Origin: Candidatus Krumholzibacteriia bacterium
GTDB taxonomy: Bacteria; Krumholzibacteriota; Krumholzibacteriia; Krumholzibacteriales; Krumholzibacteriaceae
DNA: 64,000 nucleotides
Reading direction: 5' to 3'
Assembly (NCBI GenBank): GCA_963770685.1
Contig: CAVYQN010000001.1
Location: 3,179-67,178, forward strand
A program made the position numbers and the translations under genes. The notes below the pieces were generated by a model that made no database searches, was not told the origin of the DNA, and saw only the letters and a list, made by a program, of their open reading frames with translations. Of the stretch, positions 39,882 through 50,157 are shown in pieces (positions within the stretch are counted from its first letter, which is position 1; the number at the start of each line of letters is the position of its first letter).

Positions 39882-42302
39882 TCAGCGCAATCTGACGACC
39901 GCCACGCCGTCCCCGCCGACGGCCGCTTCGCCCGGCCGGATATCGGCGACCCTCGGATCGGTTTTGAGCATATCGTAAACCGCCTGGCGCAGTATTCCCC
40001 TGCCTATTCCGTGGATTATCCTTACGGTATCGAGGCCCTGCAGCACGGCCCTGTCTATGAACAGGTCGACTTCCTCCAGAGCCTCGACCTTTTCCAGCCC
40101 CCTGATCATCAATTCGGTGGAAACAGGTTCGGATTCGGAGGTCTTCCATGTGACCTTGTTCATGGGTTTTTTCGCCTTTTTTTCACCCGGAGCGGACAGA
40201 TCCTCGCAGCCTGTTTCTACCCGGAGCCCTCCGGGGAGTTCCACCAGGACGCGCGAATTCTCCCGCACGGATACTATCCTGCCGTCCCTTGCAAGGCTCT
40301 TTATCCTTGCCATGGCGCCCGCCTTTATCTGCCCGGGGGCGAGTTCTGGAAGGGCCTCGACGGCGGCGAGCTCCTTCTCGAATATTTCCTTTTTTTCGCT
40401 GAGCGCTTGCCGGGCCTTTTTTATCACTGTCTTTTCGGCCTGAGCGACCTTTATCTCTCTTACGAGTTTTTCCAACTCGACCCTGGTTGACATGACGATG
40501 TCGAGGGCTTCTTTTTTCGCTTCCCTGAGCATGCTTTCACGGTTCTTCTCGAATGAGTCGATCCGTTCGCGATAGCCGGAGACAAGCCTCGAGAGCTCCT
40601 CGTTCCTCTCCGCAAGCTCTTTTCCCCCGGCATCGAGCAGCCTCTGCGTTTCGTCGAGATGGGCGAGAAGCTGCTCCAGCCGGAGCGAATTCCCTTCCAT
40701 CCCCTTTCTCGCCCCTTCGACGATCTTCTCCGGCAGGCCCATCCTCGCCGCCATCTCTATGCCCCAGCTTCTGCCCGGCATTCCCATCTTCATCCTGAAA
40801 AGAGGCTCGAAGCGCTCATTGTCGAATTCCAGCGTGGCGTTCTCCGCCCCGGCTTTCTCATGGGCCCACCCTTTCAGCGCGCTCAGGTGGGTGGTCACGA
40901 TCGTCCGGCATCCGGTCGAGGAAAGCTCGTCGAGAAGCGCGCACCCGATTGCCGCCCCCTCCTCCGGGTCGGTGCCGTCACCTATCTCGTCTATCAGGAC
41001 GAGAGAATCTTTCAGCGCAAGCGATAGTATCCTGTTTATCCTGGCTATCCTGGAGGAGAAGGTGCTCAGCGATTGCTCTATCGACTGATCGTCTCCGATG
41101 TCGACGAAGATACCCGGGTGGTCGGGAAGCACCGACCCCGTCAGGCATGGAACCGGAAGGCCGAACCTGTCCATCAACACTATAAGGCCGATCGTTTTCA
41201 ATGCCACCGTTTTCCCGCCAGCGTTCGGCCCCGAGATGACAAGCACCGAAAGGGATGAAGGGCATTCGATGTCCAGCCCCACCACATCCCCCCGGCCGCC
41301 GGTCGCCGACAGCTTCCTTTCGAGAAGAGGATGCCTTGCCTCCCTGAGAATCATCGAGCCGTCGGCGCTGTGGCCGGCGGTCGTGCAACGGAAATCGCAG
41401 GCGAAGGATGCTTTCGCGGAAAGGATGTCCAGGCGGAGAAGAAGATCCTGGTTGCCGGCCAGATCAGTGCGGGCCTCGAAAACCTCGTTTGTCAGCCCCG
41501 CGAGTATCTTCGCCGTCTCCCTCTTCTCATCCTCCCTCAGGGATTCGAGCTCGTTGTTTTTTTCCACGAAATCGAGCGGTTCGATGTACAGGGAGGCGCC
41601 GCTGGAGCTCGCCTGATGTATTATCCCCCTTACTCCGGCGGCTTCGTTTCTCGGAAGCGAAACGACATAACGGTCTCCCCTCACGGTCACGAATTCGTAA
41701 CCTTTCCCCTGCCCGTGTTTCGCCGCGAAATCGGCGAAATCCTTCCTCAGCCTGTTGCGAAGGGAGGCGGATTGCCTTCTGATCCTGGCCAGTTCCGGGC
41801 TCGCGGTATCGAGAACCTCGAAATCGGGGCCTATCGTCCCGATGATTTTCCGCGCGAGGTCGTTCCTCCCCCTGAAGAGGCCTTGCAGGTGCGAGAGCAG
41901 GGGCAGTTCCTCCCGTCGGCCGGCGATGTACCTTAAAACCTGCTGCGCGCTGATCTCCCCCGCGGCGATGCGAAAAAGCTCTTCGCCGGTCGCCAGAGCT
42001 CCGCGCGCGCTGATCCTGCCGAGAATTCCGCTCGTGTCGTTCCAGTCCGAGAGTGGAATTCCCTCTCCCGTCGAATGCAGCCCCGAAAGTTCGAAGACTT
42101 CAGCCTGGGATTCCTCGATAAGGCGTATAGGGCCGAGGGGCGAAGATGATCGGACCGCTTCCGCGGCGCGCTCCGACCTCGCCCGCGCGGCAACGAGCTC
42201 GAGGACCGAGTCCATCTCGAGTTTGCGCCTCGCGATCGATGCCTCTTCACGTATCGCCGAATCCCTGTCTTCCAAGTCAACCAGCTCCCGCGATATTGTC
42301 AT
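39882..42302 (-). CDS. mutS2: Endonuclease MutS2 (MutS domain V + C-terminal Smr)
   Basis: 806 aa. The Walker A motif is ISGPNAGGKTVALK, followed by DEIGDGTDPEEG. The C-terminal Smr domain is VRIIHGIGRGILRQAV. Confidence 0.95.
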   Translation of the reverse strand: MTISRELVDLEDRDSAIREEASIARRKLEMDSVLELVAARARSERAAEAVRSSSPLGPIRLIEESQAEVFELSGLHSTGEGIPLSDWNDTSGILGRISARGALATGEELFRIAAGEISAQQVLRYIAGRREELPLLSHLQGLFRGRNDLARKIIGTIGPDFEVLDTASPELARIRRQSASLRNRLRKDFADFAAKHGQGKGYEFVTVRGDRYVVSLPRNEAAGVRGIIHQASSSGASLYIEPLDFVEKNNELESLREDEKRETAKILAGLTNEVFEARTDLAGNQDLLLRLDILSAKASFACDFRCTTAGHSADGSMILREARHPLLERKLSATGGRGDVVGLDIECPSSLSVLVISGPNAGGKTVALKTIGLIVLMDRFGLPVPCLTGSVLPDHPGIFVDIGDDQSIEQSLSTFSSRIARINRILSLALKDSLVLIDEIGDGTDPEEGAAIGCALLDELSSTGCRTIVTTHLSALKGWAHEKAGAENATLEFDNERFEPLFRMKMGMPGRSWGIEMAARMGLPEKIVEGARKGMEGNSLRLEQLLAHLDETQRLLDAGGKELAERNEELSRLVSGYRERIDSFEKNRESMLREAKKEALDIVMSTRVELEKLVREIKVAQAEKTVIKKARQALSEKKEIFEKELAAVEALPELAPGQIKAGAMARIKSLARDGRIVSVRENSRVLVELPGGLRVETGCEDLSAPGEKKAKKPMNKVTWKTSESEPVSTELMIRGLEKVEALEEVDLFIDRAVLQGLDTVRIIHGIGRGILRQAVYDMLKTDPRVADIRPGEAAVGGDGVAVVRLR

Positions 42303-42396
42303 TGATTATTCTGAAACGAAACCCGCGCCGACCGCGCCTTGCAAGGCTTATTCGTCCGGCCGATATTTTCCTTCCGGTCAAGCCCTTCGGCCCGGC

Positions 42397-42939
42397 CTAC
42401 CCCTTCTCGTCGCGCGAAGTGATTCTCCGTCCGGTCTTCACGATATCTTCGAAGTCCCTGCCCGAATGCGAGGCGACCAGATCGTACATGACCGGCAGAA
42501 CAGGATAGATTGCGCCGGCAATGGGATCGTCAAGGATTCTGTCCTTAAGATCCCCGCGCAGCGGAAGACTCGTAATCAGGACCAGTATCAGGCTGACGAG
42601 AATCAGCCCTTTAAGCATGCCGAATATTCCGCCCATCGCGCGGTCGAACCAGCCGAGAACCGTCAAACTGAAAAGTTTCTGGAGCCCCAGACCGACGAAA
42701 TGAAAGACGATCAATGTGCATGCAAATATCACGACCGCGGACGCCGCAAGGGCAACTCCGTAGGATAAACCGAACCTTCCCTCGGCGAAAAGGGCGAGAT
42801 TGCCGGCGAGAAAGAAGGACCCTATGAACGCGGCCACGAGCCCCACAATCTCGAGGACCTGGCGCACCAGCCCCCTTCTGATCCCCAAAATACAGAAGAA
42901 AAGCAGAATAACGCCTATGGCTATCCTGACGATATTCAA
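42397..42939 (-). CDS. cvpA: CvpA family membrane protein
   Basis: 180 aa with four hydrophobic segments. The N-terminus IAIGVILLFFCILGIRRGLVRQVLEIVG is typical of colicin V production protein family members. Confidence 0.75.
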   Translation of the reverse strand: MNIVRIAIGVILLFFCILGIRRGLVRQVLEIVGLVAAFIGSFFLAGNLALFAEGRFGLSYGVALAASAVVIFACTLIVFHFVGLGLQKLFSLTVLGWFDRAMGGIFGMLKGLILVSLILVLITSLPLRGDLKDRILDDPIAGAIYPVLPVMYDLVASHSGRDFEDIVKTGRRITSRDEKG

Positions 42940-42946
42940 TATGACC

Positions 42947-43405
42947 TCAATCGCGTTCCAGGATGTCGGAGACTACCTTCCTCACCGAGGCGCCGTCCGC
43001 TTTTCCCTTCAGCCTTGCCATCATAAGCCCCATGACCTTTCCCATGTCCCCGGGGCCGGCCGCGCCGGTATCCTTTATGATCTTCAGGGCCTCCGAACGG
43101 ATATCCTCCTCGGAAAGCTGCTCGGGCAGGTATGACATGACCACAGCGAGTTCGGCCTTGCCCTGGGCCACCAGGTCATCCCTCCCGCCTCTTTCGAATT
43201 CGGACAGGGATTCCCTGCACTTTCGCGCATAGCTCCCGAGGACGGCGATCTCCTGTTCCTGCGTCAGCTCTTCGCGTTCATCCAGCTCGGCGTTCTTAAG
43301 TGACGTGATGAGCATCCTCAGCGCGCTTGTCCTGACCTTGTCGCGGGCCTTTACGGCTGTTTTCAGGTCTTCCTGTATCTTCCTCGTGACGATATTCTTT
43401 TCCAA
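42947..43405 (-). CDS. yqeY: GatB/YqeY domain protein
   Basis: KIQEDLKTAVKARDKVRTSALRMLITSLKNAE...GDMGKVMGLMMARLKGKADG. The likely start is the TTG at 43405, preceded by GGGGGAAGAG. The ORF-track start at 43522 is an extension. Confidence 0.85.
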   Translation of the reverse strand: MEKNIVTRKIQEDLKTAVKARDKVRTSALRMLITSLKNAELDEREELTQEQEIAVLGSYARKCRESLSEFERGGRDDLVAQGKAELAVVMSYLPEQLSEEDIRSEALKIIKDTGAAGPGDMGKVMGLMMARLKGKADGASVRKVVSDILERD

Positions 43406-43522
43406 CTCTTCCCCCTGTGAAGCCGCAATCGTTCCTGATTTCCCGGCATACCCCCGGTTTCCCCCTCCCGGGCTTGCCCTCCGGGCGGTCCTATTAATAG
43501 CACCCGCTTCCGGAAAAGTCAA

Positions 43523-44257
43523 TCAGGACGTTGATTCTCCCTCGACAAGAAGCCTGAAGGCAAGGCAGATCGCCGCCGTCTCGCTTCTCAGCCGGAATCT
43601 TCCGAGAGACAGGAATTCGGCTCCCGCATCGGCCAGTTGCGAATGCTCGCCGTCCGACAATCCTCCCTCGGGCCCCGTTATGCCCAGCACCGGCGCCTTG
43701 CCGGCAAAATCGTCGCGACAAAGGCGCGCCCGCCCCCCGGCGTCGGCGAGGAAGGTTTTTGCGTAGCCGGGAATCATCCCCGCGAGCCCCTGAAATTTCA
43801 TTATCGGCGTGACTTCGGGAAACCACGGCTGGCCGCACTGCTTGCAGGCCGATTCGACCTTCCTGACGAGTCTCTCGCGCTTGTTCGCGGCGTCTTCCTC
43901 ATTCCCCTTCCACACCGATCTTTCACATAGATACGGTATTATCCTCCTGACGCCTATCTCCGTGCATTTTTCCGCGACGAGATCCATCCTTCCCGCCTTT
44001 ATGACGGCCAGGGCCAGGTCCACGGGATAAGGTTTTTCGACCGTGCGTTTCGATTCGATCCGCAGCTCGACCGACGTCTTTTGTATCTTCAGGACCGTCG
44101 CTTCGCTTATCGTCCCGCGTCCGTCCAGGAGCCCCACCCTGTCTCCCACCCTCGCCCGGCTGACCCTGGATAAATGGTGGCCCTCGTCTCCCCCGAGGAT
44201 CACGACGTCGCCCAGCACGTCCTTTTCCGAATAAACATAATAGCTGATTGTATGCAT
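43523..44257 (-). CDS. rsmE: 16S rRNA (uracil1498-N3)-methyltransferase
   Basis: GDEGHHLSRVSRARVGDRVGLLDGRG (PUA-like N-terminal domain) and ITGPEGGLSDGE...LSLGRFRLRSETAA (SPOUT C-terminal domain). The likely start is the ATG at 44257. Confidence 0.85.
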   Translation of the reverse strand: MHTISYYVYSEKDVLGDVVILGGDEGHHLSRVSRARVGDRVGLLDGRGTISEATVLKIQKTSVELRIESKRTVEKPYPVDLALAVIKAGRMDLVAEKCTEIGVRRIIPYLCERSVWKGNEEDAANKRERLVRKVESACKQCGQPWFPEVTPIMKFQGLAGMIPGYAKTFLADAGGRARLCRDDFAGKAPVLGITGPEGGLSDGEHSQLADAGAEFLSLGRFRLRSETAAICLAFRLLVEGESTS

Positions 44258-44342
44258 CGGCCACCCCGGAGCCTTCAACTTAAAAGCAGGATCACGCCTT
44301 GATTGTTTAGATTATCGCTGAATATCGATATCCGGGCAATCC

Positions 44343-45491
44343 CTAACCGGAATAAATCTTTTTGCCGTAACCCGGGGTGTGGGGCCCGGTCTTCTCATCG
44401 AGCTGTTCGAAGAGTTTTTGCTCTTCCCTGGAGAGGTTCTGCGGGGTCCATGCAATCAGCCTGACGAGCTGGTCGCCCTTGCCGTATCCGTGAAGGCGGG
44501 GCAACCCCTTGCCTTTCAGGCGGAATATCTTGTGGGAATGCGTGCCCGCCGGAATCTTCAACGCCGCCTTGCCGTCCAGGGTGGGAATCTCCATCTTGTC
44601 GCCCAGGGCAAGCTGCGAGAAACTTACCGGAAGATCGAGCAATATGTCGAATCCGTGCCTTTCGAAGACCTCGTGCTCGATCTCTTCTATGACGATGATA
44701 AGGTCGCCCGCCGGACCGCCCCTCGGACCGGCATCCCCCTGACCGGAAAGAGTGATGTAATTTCCCGTCGAAACGCCGGCCGGTATCTTGACCTCGACAT
44801 TCCTGCTGCCCGCGACCCTTCCTTCGCCGTTGCATTTGGGGCAGGGCGAGGAGATTATATTTCCTTCGCCGTTGCATGTCCGGCACGTGGAAACGTTCAC
44901 GAACTGGCCGAACAGGGACCTTGAAACCTGCCTGACCTCGCCGGAACCTCCGCATGTCGGGCATGTTTTCTTATCAGCGCCTTTTTTCGAGCCGGTGCCC
45001 TCGCAAGTTCCGCACTGGACCTTTCTGTTGACCTTGATCTTCTTGACCGTTTCGACGGCCACTTCATTCAAGGTCAGTTTCAATCTGATCTGAAGATTGT
45101 TCCCCCGGACATACGCTCTTCCTCCCCGCCCATTCCGCCCGCCGCCGAAAAGATCCTCGAATCCGCCGAAGCCTCCGCCGCCGAAATCGCGCATGAAAGC
45201 CCTCAGGGCGTCGCTGAGATCGTACCCGCCGAACCCGCCTCCGGCCGGGCCGGAGCCGGCCGCTCCTCCAAGGCCGGCGTGGCCGAACTGGTCGTATCTC
45301 TCCCTCTGCTCCTTGTCGCGAAGAACTTCGTACGCCTCGGTGGCTTCCTTGAACTTCTCCTCGGCTTCCTTGTCACCTGGATTCTTGTCCGGATGATATT
45401 TCAGGGCGAGTTTGCGGTAAGCTTTTTTAACGTCGTCGACGGAAGCATCCCTGCCAACGCCGAGCACCTCGTAGTAATCCCTTTTTTCCAT
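44343..45491 (-). CDS. dnaJ: Molecular chaperone DnaJ
   Basis: The J domain is DYYEVLGV...[19 protein letters not shown] region follows, then four CxxCxGxG zinc motifs. Confidence 0.95.
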   Translation of the reverse strand: MEKRDYYEVLGVGRDASVDDVKKAYRKLALKYHPDKNPGDKEAEEKFKEATEAYEVLRDKEQRERYDQFGHAGLGGAAGSGPAGGGFGGYDLSDALRAFMRDFGGGGFGGFEDLFGGGRNGRGGRAYVRGNNLQIRLKLTLNEVAVETVKKIKVNRKVQCGTCEGTGSKKGADKKTCPTCGGSGEVRQVSRSLFGQFVNVSTCRTCNGEGNIISSPCPKCNGEGRVAGSRNVEVKIPAGVSTGNYITLSGQGDAGPRGGPAGDLIIVIEEIEHEVFERHGFDILLDLPVSFSQLALGDKMEIPTLDGKAALKIPAGTHSHKIFRLKGKGLPRLHGYGKGDQLVRLIAWTPQNLSREEQKLFEQLDEKTGPHTPGYGKKIYSG

Positions 45492-45546
45492 GCCCCCGAT
45501 ATTCTGCCTGTCTTATCCTTGAAACGATGGGTCAATCATTATTCGC

Positions 45547-47379
45547 TCAATTGCCGGAGATCACTCCGTCGCCGGCAGTGGAATGATACATCAGTTCGGC
45601 TATCTTGTAAACAGCCACCGAAAGCGCCTGAGTCGCTTTTCTCACTTCGTCCTGATCCGGAGATTCCTCTTTGAGGAGATCCTTGAGTTCGTGCATGTTC
45701 CTGTCTATCCTCTCCACATCATCCCCGGGAATCTTGTCTCCGTGATTGCGCAACGTCTGTTCCGTCGAATAAATGAGGATCTCCGCCTCGTTTCGAATCC
45801 TTATGGCATCCTTCTTCTCGGCGTCTTCCATTGCGTGCGTTTCAGCGTCGCCGACCATCCTGTCGATATCATCCCTTGAAAGCCCGCTCGACACCTTGAT
45901 CTCTATCTTCTGTTCCCTGCCGGTCCCGAGATCCCTGGCCGACACGTGCACTATCCCGTTCGCGTCGATATCGAATGCGACCTCTATCTGCGCGACCCCT
46001 CTTGGAGCAGGGGGAATTCCCACGAGGTCGAACCTCGCCATCGTCCTGTTGTCTTTCGCCATCTCCCTCTCGCCCTGCAGGACGTGAATGCTGACCGCCG
46101 GCTGGTTGTCGGAAGCCGTGGAAAATATCTGGCTCTTCCTGCATGGTATCGTGCTGTTGCGTTCGATCAGCGTCGTCATGAGGCCGCCGAGCGTCTCTAT
46201 CCCGAGACTCAGCGGCGTGACATCGAGAAGAAGTATCTCCTCGACGTCCCCGGAAAGCACCCCCGCCTGGATGGCGGCGCCGAGCGCGACCACCTCGTCC
46301 GGGTTGACGCCCTTGTGGGGCTCCTTCCGGAAGAAATCCTTGACGACCCTTTTTACCGCCGGTATCCGGGTCGACCCGCCGACAAGTATCACCTCGTCGA
46401 TATCCGCGACCCTCAGCCCGGCGTCGTCAAGGGCCTGCTGGCACGGCCCGAGCGTTTTCTGTATGAAGGGATGGATCAATTTTTCCATTTCGGCCCTCGT
46501 CATCACCATGTCAAGATGCCTGGGGCCGTCGCCGTCCGCGAAAATGAAGGGCAGGTTTATGCTGGTCTCGTGGACCGAGCTTAGTTCGCATTTTGCTTTC
46601 TCCGCAGCCTCCCTTATCCTCTGGACGGCCATTCTGTCCACGGACAGGTCCACACCCTGTACTTTCCTGAATTCTTCCATTATCCAGCTCATGATCTCCC
46701 TGTCGAGATCGTCCCCGCCGAGCCTGGTGTCCCCGCTTGTCGATTTTACCTGGTATACCCCCTGGCTCAATTCGAGTATCGATATGTCGAATGTGCCGCC
46801 GCCGAGATCGTAGACCGCTATCTTTCCGGTTTTGTTCTTGTCCAGGCCGTAGGCGAGGGCCGCGGCCGTCGGCTCGTTGACTATTCTGAGCACCTCGAGT
46901 CCCGCGATCCTGCCCGCGTCCTTTGTAGCCTGGCGCTGCGCGTCGTTGAAATACGCGGGGACGGTAATGACCGCCTGAGTCACTTCCTCACCGAGATATT
47001 CCTCGGAGAATTTCTTGATGTAACGAAGGACCATCGCGGATATCTCCTGGCACTGGTGGCTCCTGTCCTTCAGCACGACCAGGATCTCGCCGTTTTTGCC
47101 GTCCTTCATCCTGTAGGTCATCCGGCCTGCATCTTCGGCGACTTCTTCGAACCTGGAGCCTATGAATCTCTTTATGCTGTAGACCGTATTTTCAGGATTC
47201 GTGATGGACTGCCGCTTGGCCAGTTCGCCGACCAGCCTCTCGTTGTTCTTGGCAAGGGCGACTATCGACGGCGTCGTTCTTCCCCCCTCGAAATTGGGGA
47301 TGATGACCGGTTCGTTTCCTTCCATGACGGCGACGCACGAATTAGTCGTTCCAAGATCGATCCCTATTACTTTTCCCAT
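45547..47379 (-). CDS. dnaK: Molecular chaperone DnaK (Hsp70)
   Basis: [23 protein letters not shown] and [11 protein letters not shown] are present. The likely start is [10 protein letters not shown] at 47379. Confidence 0.95.
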   Translation of the reverse strand: MGKVIGIDLGTTNSCVAVMEGNEPVIIPNFEGGRTTPSIVALAKNNERLVGELAKRQSITNPENTVYSIKRFIGSRFEEVAEDAGRMTYRMKDGKNGEILVVLKDRSHQCQEISAMVLRYIKKFSEEYLGEEVTQAVITVPAYFNDAQRQATKDAGRIAGLEVLRIVNEPTAAALAYGLDKNKTGKIAVYDLGGGTFDISILELSQGVYQVKSTSGDTRLGGDDLDREIMSWIMEEFRKVQGVDLSVDRMAVQRIREAAEKAKCELSSVHETSINLPFIFADGDGPRHLDMVMTRAEMEKLIHPFIQKTLGPCQQALDDAGLRVADIDEVILVGGSTRIPAVKRVVKDFFRKEPHKGVNPDEVVALGAAIQAGVLSGDVEEILLLDVTPLSLGIETLGGLMTTLIERNSTIPCRKSQIFSTASDNQPAVSIHVLQGEREMAKDNRTMARFDLVGIPPAPRGVAQIEVAFDIDANGIVHVSARDLGTGREQKIEIKVSSGLSRDDIDRMVGDAETHAMEDAEKKDAIRIRNEAEILIYSTEQTLRNHGDKIPGDDVERIDRNMHELKDLLKEESPDQDEVRKATQALSVAVYKIAELMYHSTAGDGVISGN

Positions 47380-47437
47380 GACTCTCATCCCCTGTGACAT
47401 TGTTCAGGATTTACATTGCCCGCTTCGGCGACCTCGT

Positions 47438-48076
47438 TCACTGTTCCCTTTTTTTCGCGATAATCACCCTTGCGGGCCTCAGCAACTGGTCCCTCACCAT
47501 ATACCCTTTTTGAACGACGTTCACGACGCATCCATCTTCCGTCCCGTCGCTTTCAGCCTCGCCCATGGCCTCGTGAAACTGCGGGTCGAATGGACGGCCC
47601 AGAGCCTCTATCTCGGAAAGGCCGGCCCGCCCCAGAATCTCCACGAACCTCGCATGGATCATCTTTATTCCGCTGAAAAAATGATCCCCCGTTTCCCCGG
47701 TCGCGTCGAAAGCCCTTTCAAAATCATCAAGGACGGACAGCAGGTCGTTCAAAAGATCCGCTGTAGCCTTTTTTTGCAGCAAATCCCATTCCCGTCTCGT
47801 CCTCTTCTTGTAATTTTCAAATTCCGCGGCCATTCTGAGAAGTTTATCTTCTTTTATTTTAAGGCTTTCCTCAGCTTTTTCGATGTCCTTCGCCATCTCA
47901 TGAAGCATCTTGTTCTTGTTCTCCAGAAGGGCGGCCAAACCCTTTACGGATAACCTTTTTGAGCGTTTTTGCCTGCTTTCCTTGCTCATATCGGCAATAT
48001 GGGGCTCTTCCTCGTCATTTTTACGGGTTCCGCCCTGCGATTCCACGGCATCCTCGCATTCCGGCGTTCGGCGCAC
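47438..48076 (-). CDS. grpE: Nucleotide exchange factor GrpE
   Basis: RMAAEFENYKKRTRRE...GYMVRDQLLRPARVII. The true start may be the internal ATG (MSKESRQ...). Confidence 0.9.
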   Translation of the reverse strand: MRRTPECEDAVESQGGTRKNDEEEPHIADMSKESRQKRSKRLSVKGLAALLENKNKMLHEMAKDIEKAEESLKIKEDKLLRMAAEFENYKKRTRREWDLLQKKATADLLNDLLSVLDDFERAFDATGETGDHFFSGIKMIHARFVEILGRAGLSEIEALGRPFDPQFHEAMGEAESDGTEDGCVVNVVQKGYMVRDQLLRPARVIIAKKREQ

Positions 48077-48209
48077 GAAGATTCAACGAATGCCTCTTCG
48101 CCGCCCTTCCCGCCTGCGCTTTTCATACCTTCTTCGCCGTTTTGCCCGATTTTTTCCGACAACTCCGATCCCTCCATTCCTGATATTCAACTGGAAAAAG
48201 GCCGATTCG

Positions 48210-49232
48210 TCATCTCGACTGGAATTCCGCCCCGAGCATCGTCAAAAGGGACAGTACCAGGTCGTAACTCATCCTTGTCGGCCCGAGCACCCCGAATACG
48301 CCGTCATAATCGGAAGTGCTGAATTTCCTGGTGATCAGGCTGAACTCTTCCAGCTCATTCTCCTGGTTTTCCTTGCCGATCGTGATCACGATATCCTCTT
48401 GCATCCTCTCCTTCAGGACGCCGAGGATGAGACTTTTCTCCCCCATGATCCTGACCAGGTTCTGCAGCAACCGGGGATTCCGCAAATCGGAAACCTCCTC
48501 GTCCCGGCTGAACGCGTCGAAATGGTATTCCAGCCTGTAGGGCGTGTCGAATAGTTCCTCCGCCTCGCTCGAGAGAACCTCGGTTATCTCCCTCTCCATG
48601 CCGTCGCATTCCTTCAAAAGGAATTCCAGCCTCTGGTGCGCCTGCTCGACAGGATATCCGGATATCCTTTCGTTGATGATCTGCGCGGCCCTGTCCATGA
48701 CGTGCGGCATATATCTCTTCGGGAACTCGACATATATCTTTCTTTCCATCCCCGCCGACATGCTCAGAATCACCAGGGCGCCCGTTCCTTCGAGCTGAAC
48801 CATCCTCAATCTGCTGACGTTCCCGTACGAATGCATCACTCCCATGATAAGCCCCATGCAGCGCGTTATCCCGCTTATCAGGCGCGAGGTCCTGTGCATC
48901 ACGTCGCGCACATCGCCCCATTCCTGGCCGAGCCTGTGCATCACATCCTCGGCGACCTTCCTGCCGAGAGGCTGCGTGACCCTTATCCCGTCCACGTATT
49001 TCCTGTACCCCATATCGCTCGGGATCCTGCCCGCGGAAACGTGAGGTTTGAACAGGTATCCCTTCTCTTCGAGGGAATGCAGGACCTTCCTTATATTCGC
49101 CGTACTCGAATCAAGTTTGTAGATATCCCTTATCGTCCTGGAGCTTACAGGGCTGCCCGTGGTTATATAGAGATCAATGACTTTTCTTAAAATCACTGAT
49201 TCCAGAGGAGTTAGCTCATTTTTAGCCATCAT
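48210..49232 (-). CDS. hrcA: Heat-inducible transcription repressor HrcA
   Basis: The winged-helix N-terminus is LESVILRKVIDLYITTGSPVSSRTI. The length and the C-terminal domain are typical. The likely start is MMAKNEL at 49232/49229. The ORF-track extension to 49337 runs across the operator and promoter. Confidence 0.9.
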   Translation of the reverse strand: MMAKNELTPLESVILRKVIDLYITTGSPVSSRTIRDIYKLDSSTANIRKVLHSLEEKGYLFKPHVSAGRIPSDMGYRKYVDGIRVTQPLGRKVAEDVMHRLGQEWGDVRDVMHRTSRLISGITRCMGLIMGVMHSYGNVSRLRMVQLEGTGALVILSMSAGMERKIYVEFPKRYMPHVMDRAAQIINERISGYPVEQAHQRLEFLLKECDGMEREITEVLSSEAEELFDTPYRLEYHFDAFSRDEEVSDLRNPRLLQNLVRIMGEKSLILGVLKERMQEDIVITIGKENQENELEEFSLITRKFSTSDYDGVFGVLGPTRMSYDLVLSLLTMLGAEFQSR

Positions 49233-49235
49233 GTC

Positions 49236-49260
49236 TGGCACTCTCCATGCTCGACTGCCA
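49236..49260. promoter_or_regulatory. CIRCE-like inverted repeat (HrcA operator)
   Basis: TGGCACTC-N9-GACTGCCA is an 8-nt inverted repeat with one mismatch and a 9-nt spacer. It resembles the CIRCE consensus TTAGCACTC-N9-GAGTGCTAA. It lies between the predicted -10 and the hrcA start. Confidence 0.5.
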
Positions 49261-49272
49261 CCGACCGGGTTT

Positions 49273-49301
49273 AATGTAGATATTTCTGAACCCGTTGTCA
49301 A
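49273..49301 (-). promoter_or_regulatory. Sigma70-type promoter of hrcA-grpE-dnaK-dnaJ
   Basis: On the minus strand: consensus TTGACA (49296-49301), 17-nt spacer, TACATT (49273-49278). Confidence 0.5.
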
Positions 49302-49423
49302 GCGCGGCCGTTCGCGACCTGTCCGCGGCAAATACATTTCAAGACGACCCGCGCCGGAGAAGGCGGGGATGCTGAAGGTCGGGCAAATTGTATGCCCCGA
49401 CGGGAAGAAACCGGCCGATATGG

Positions 49424-50050
49424 TTATCTTATCAGGTCGCCTATCCGCCCGAATCTCAACCAGTGTTTGTCGTAATCTATGGAAAAATAAATGAAGAGGG
49501 CTTTCCCTCTCAGAAGTTTCTTGTCCAGCGGCCCCCAGAACCTCGAATCGAAGCTGTTATCCCTGTTGTCCCCCATCACGAAGATATGGCCCTTTGGAAC
49601 CTGCACAGGACCGAAGGAGCGCCGTTGAACCTCCTTGTGAATATATTTGGTGCAGGTTTCCTCGACGGGAGATCCGTCAACGTAGAGGGTCGTGCCTTTG
49701 ACTTCGACCATCTGACCTTCGACGGCCACGCATCTTTTTATATAATCCGTCTTCTGGTCGCCGGGGAATTTGAATATCACGACGTCGCCGGCTCTAGGTT
49801 CCCTGACGGCGGGCAGGCGAAGATCGAGCAACGGCACCTTCGCCCCATAAATGAATTTTGTCGCGAAAAGGAAATCCCCCTTGAGCAGCGTATCCTCCAT
49901 CGATTCGGAGGGGATGTGATAACTCTGAATGATCAGGGCCCTGACGATCAGGGCGAGGATCACCGCTGTCAGAACTATCTCGGCGTATTCCCTGACTCTC
50001 GATTTCTTCTCTGAAGGATTCTTTTTACCCGTCTGCCTGTCTATCGCCAT
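49424..50050 (-). CDS. lepB: Signal peptidase I
   Basis: SESMEDTL (catalytic Ser box), GDVVIFKFP, YIKRCVAVEGQ and VMGDNRDNSFDSRFWG are present. The ATG at 50050 has GGAGG 5 nt upstream. Confidence 0.9.
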   Translation of the reverse strand: MAIDRQTGKKNPSEKKSRVREYAEIVLTAVILALIVRALIIQSYHIPSESMEDTLLKGDFLFATKFIYGAKVPLLDLRLPAVREPRAGDVVIFKFPGDQKTDYIKRCVAVEGQMVEVKGTTLYVDGSPVEETCTKYIHKEVQRRSFGPVQVPKGHIFVMGDNRDNSFDSRFWGPLDKKLLRGKALFIYFSIDYDKHWLRFGRIGDLIR

Positions 50051-50157
50051 CGTATCCTCCGATACTCGTAACCGATATTTCCCGGAATCATGATCTTCGT
50101 GCCGCGCCTTGTTCCGACCGCGGCCGCGGCAATCCATACATAATGTCGTAATAACTC

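Noticed and set aside
41755-42768. 337-aa plus-strand ORF spanning the mutS2 5' end and cvpA
   Set aside because: It is antisense to two well-supported genes and crosses their intergenic gap. Its Ser/Arg/Pro-rich translation marks it as a shadow ORF. The same reasoning applies to 12709..13551, 4207..4917, 5179..5922, 5625..6374, 22357..23247, 28385..29338, 30257..31516 and similar entries.
47986-48177. 63-aa acidic ORF upstream of grpE, as a possible frameshifted N-terminal extension of GrpE
   Set aside because: GrpE is already full length (about 183-212 aa) without it. The extension has no conserved feature and a weak ribosome-binding site. It cannot be distinguished from chance in GC-rich DNA.
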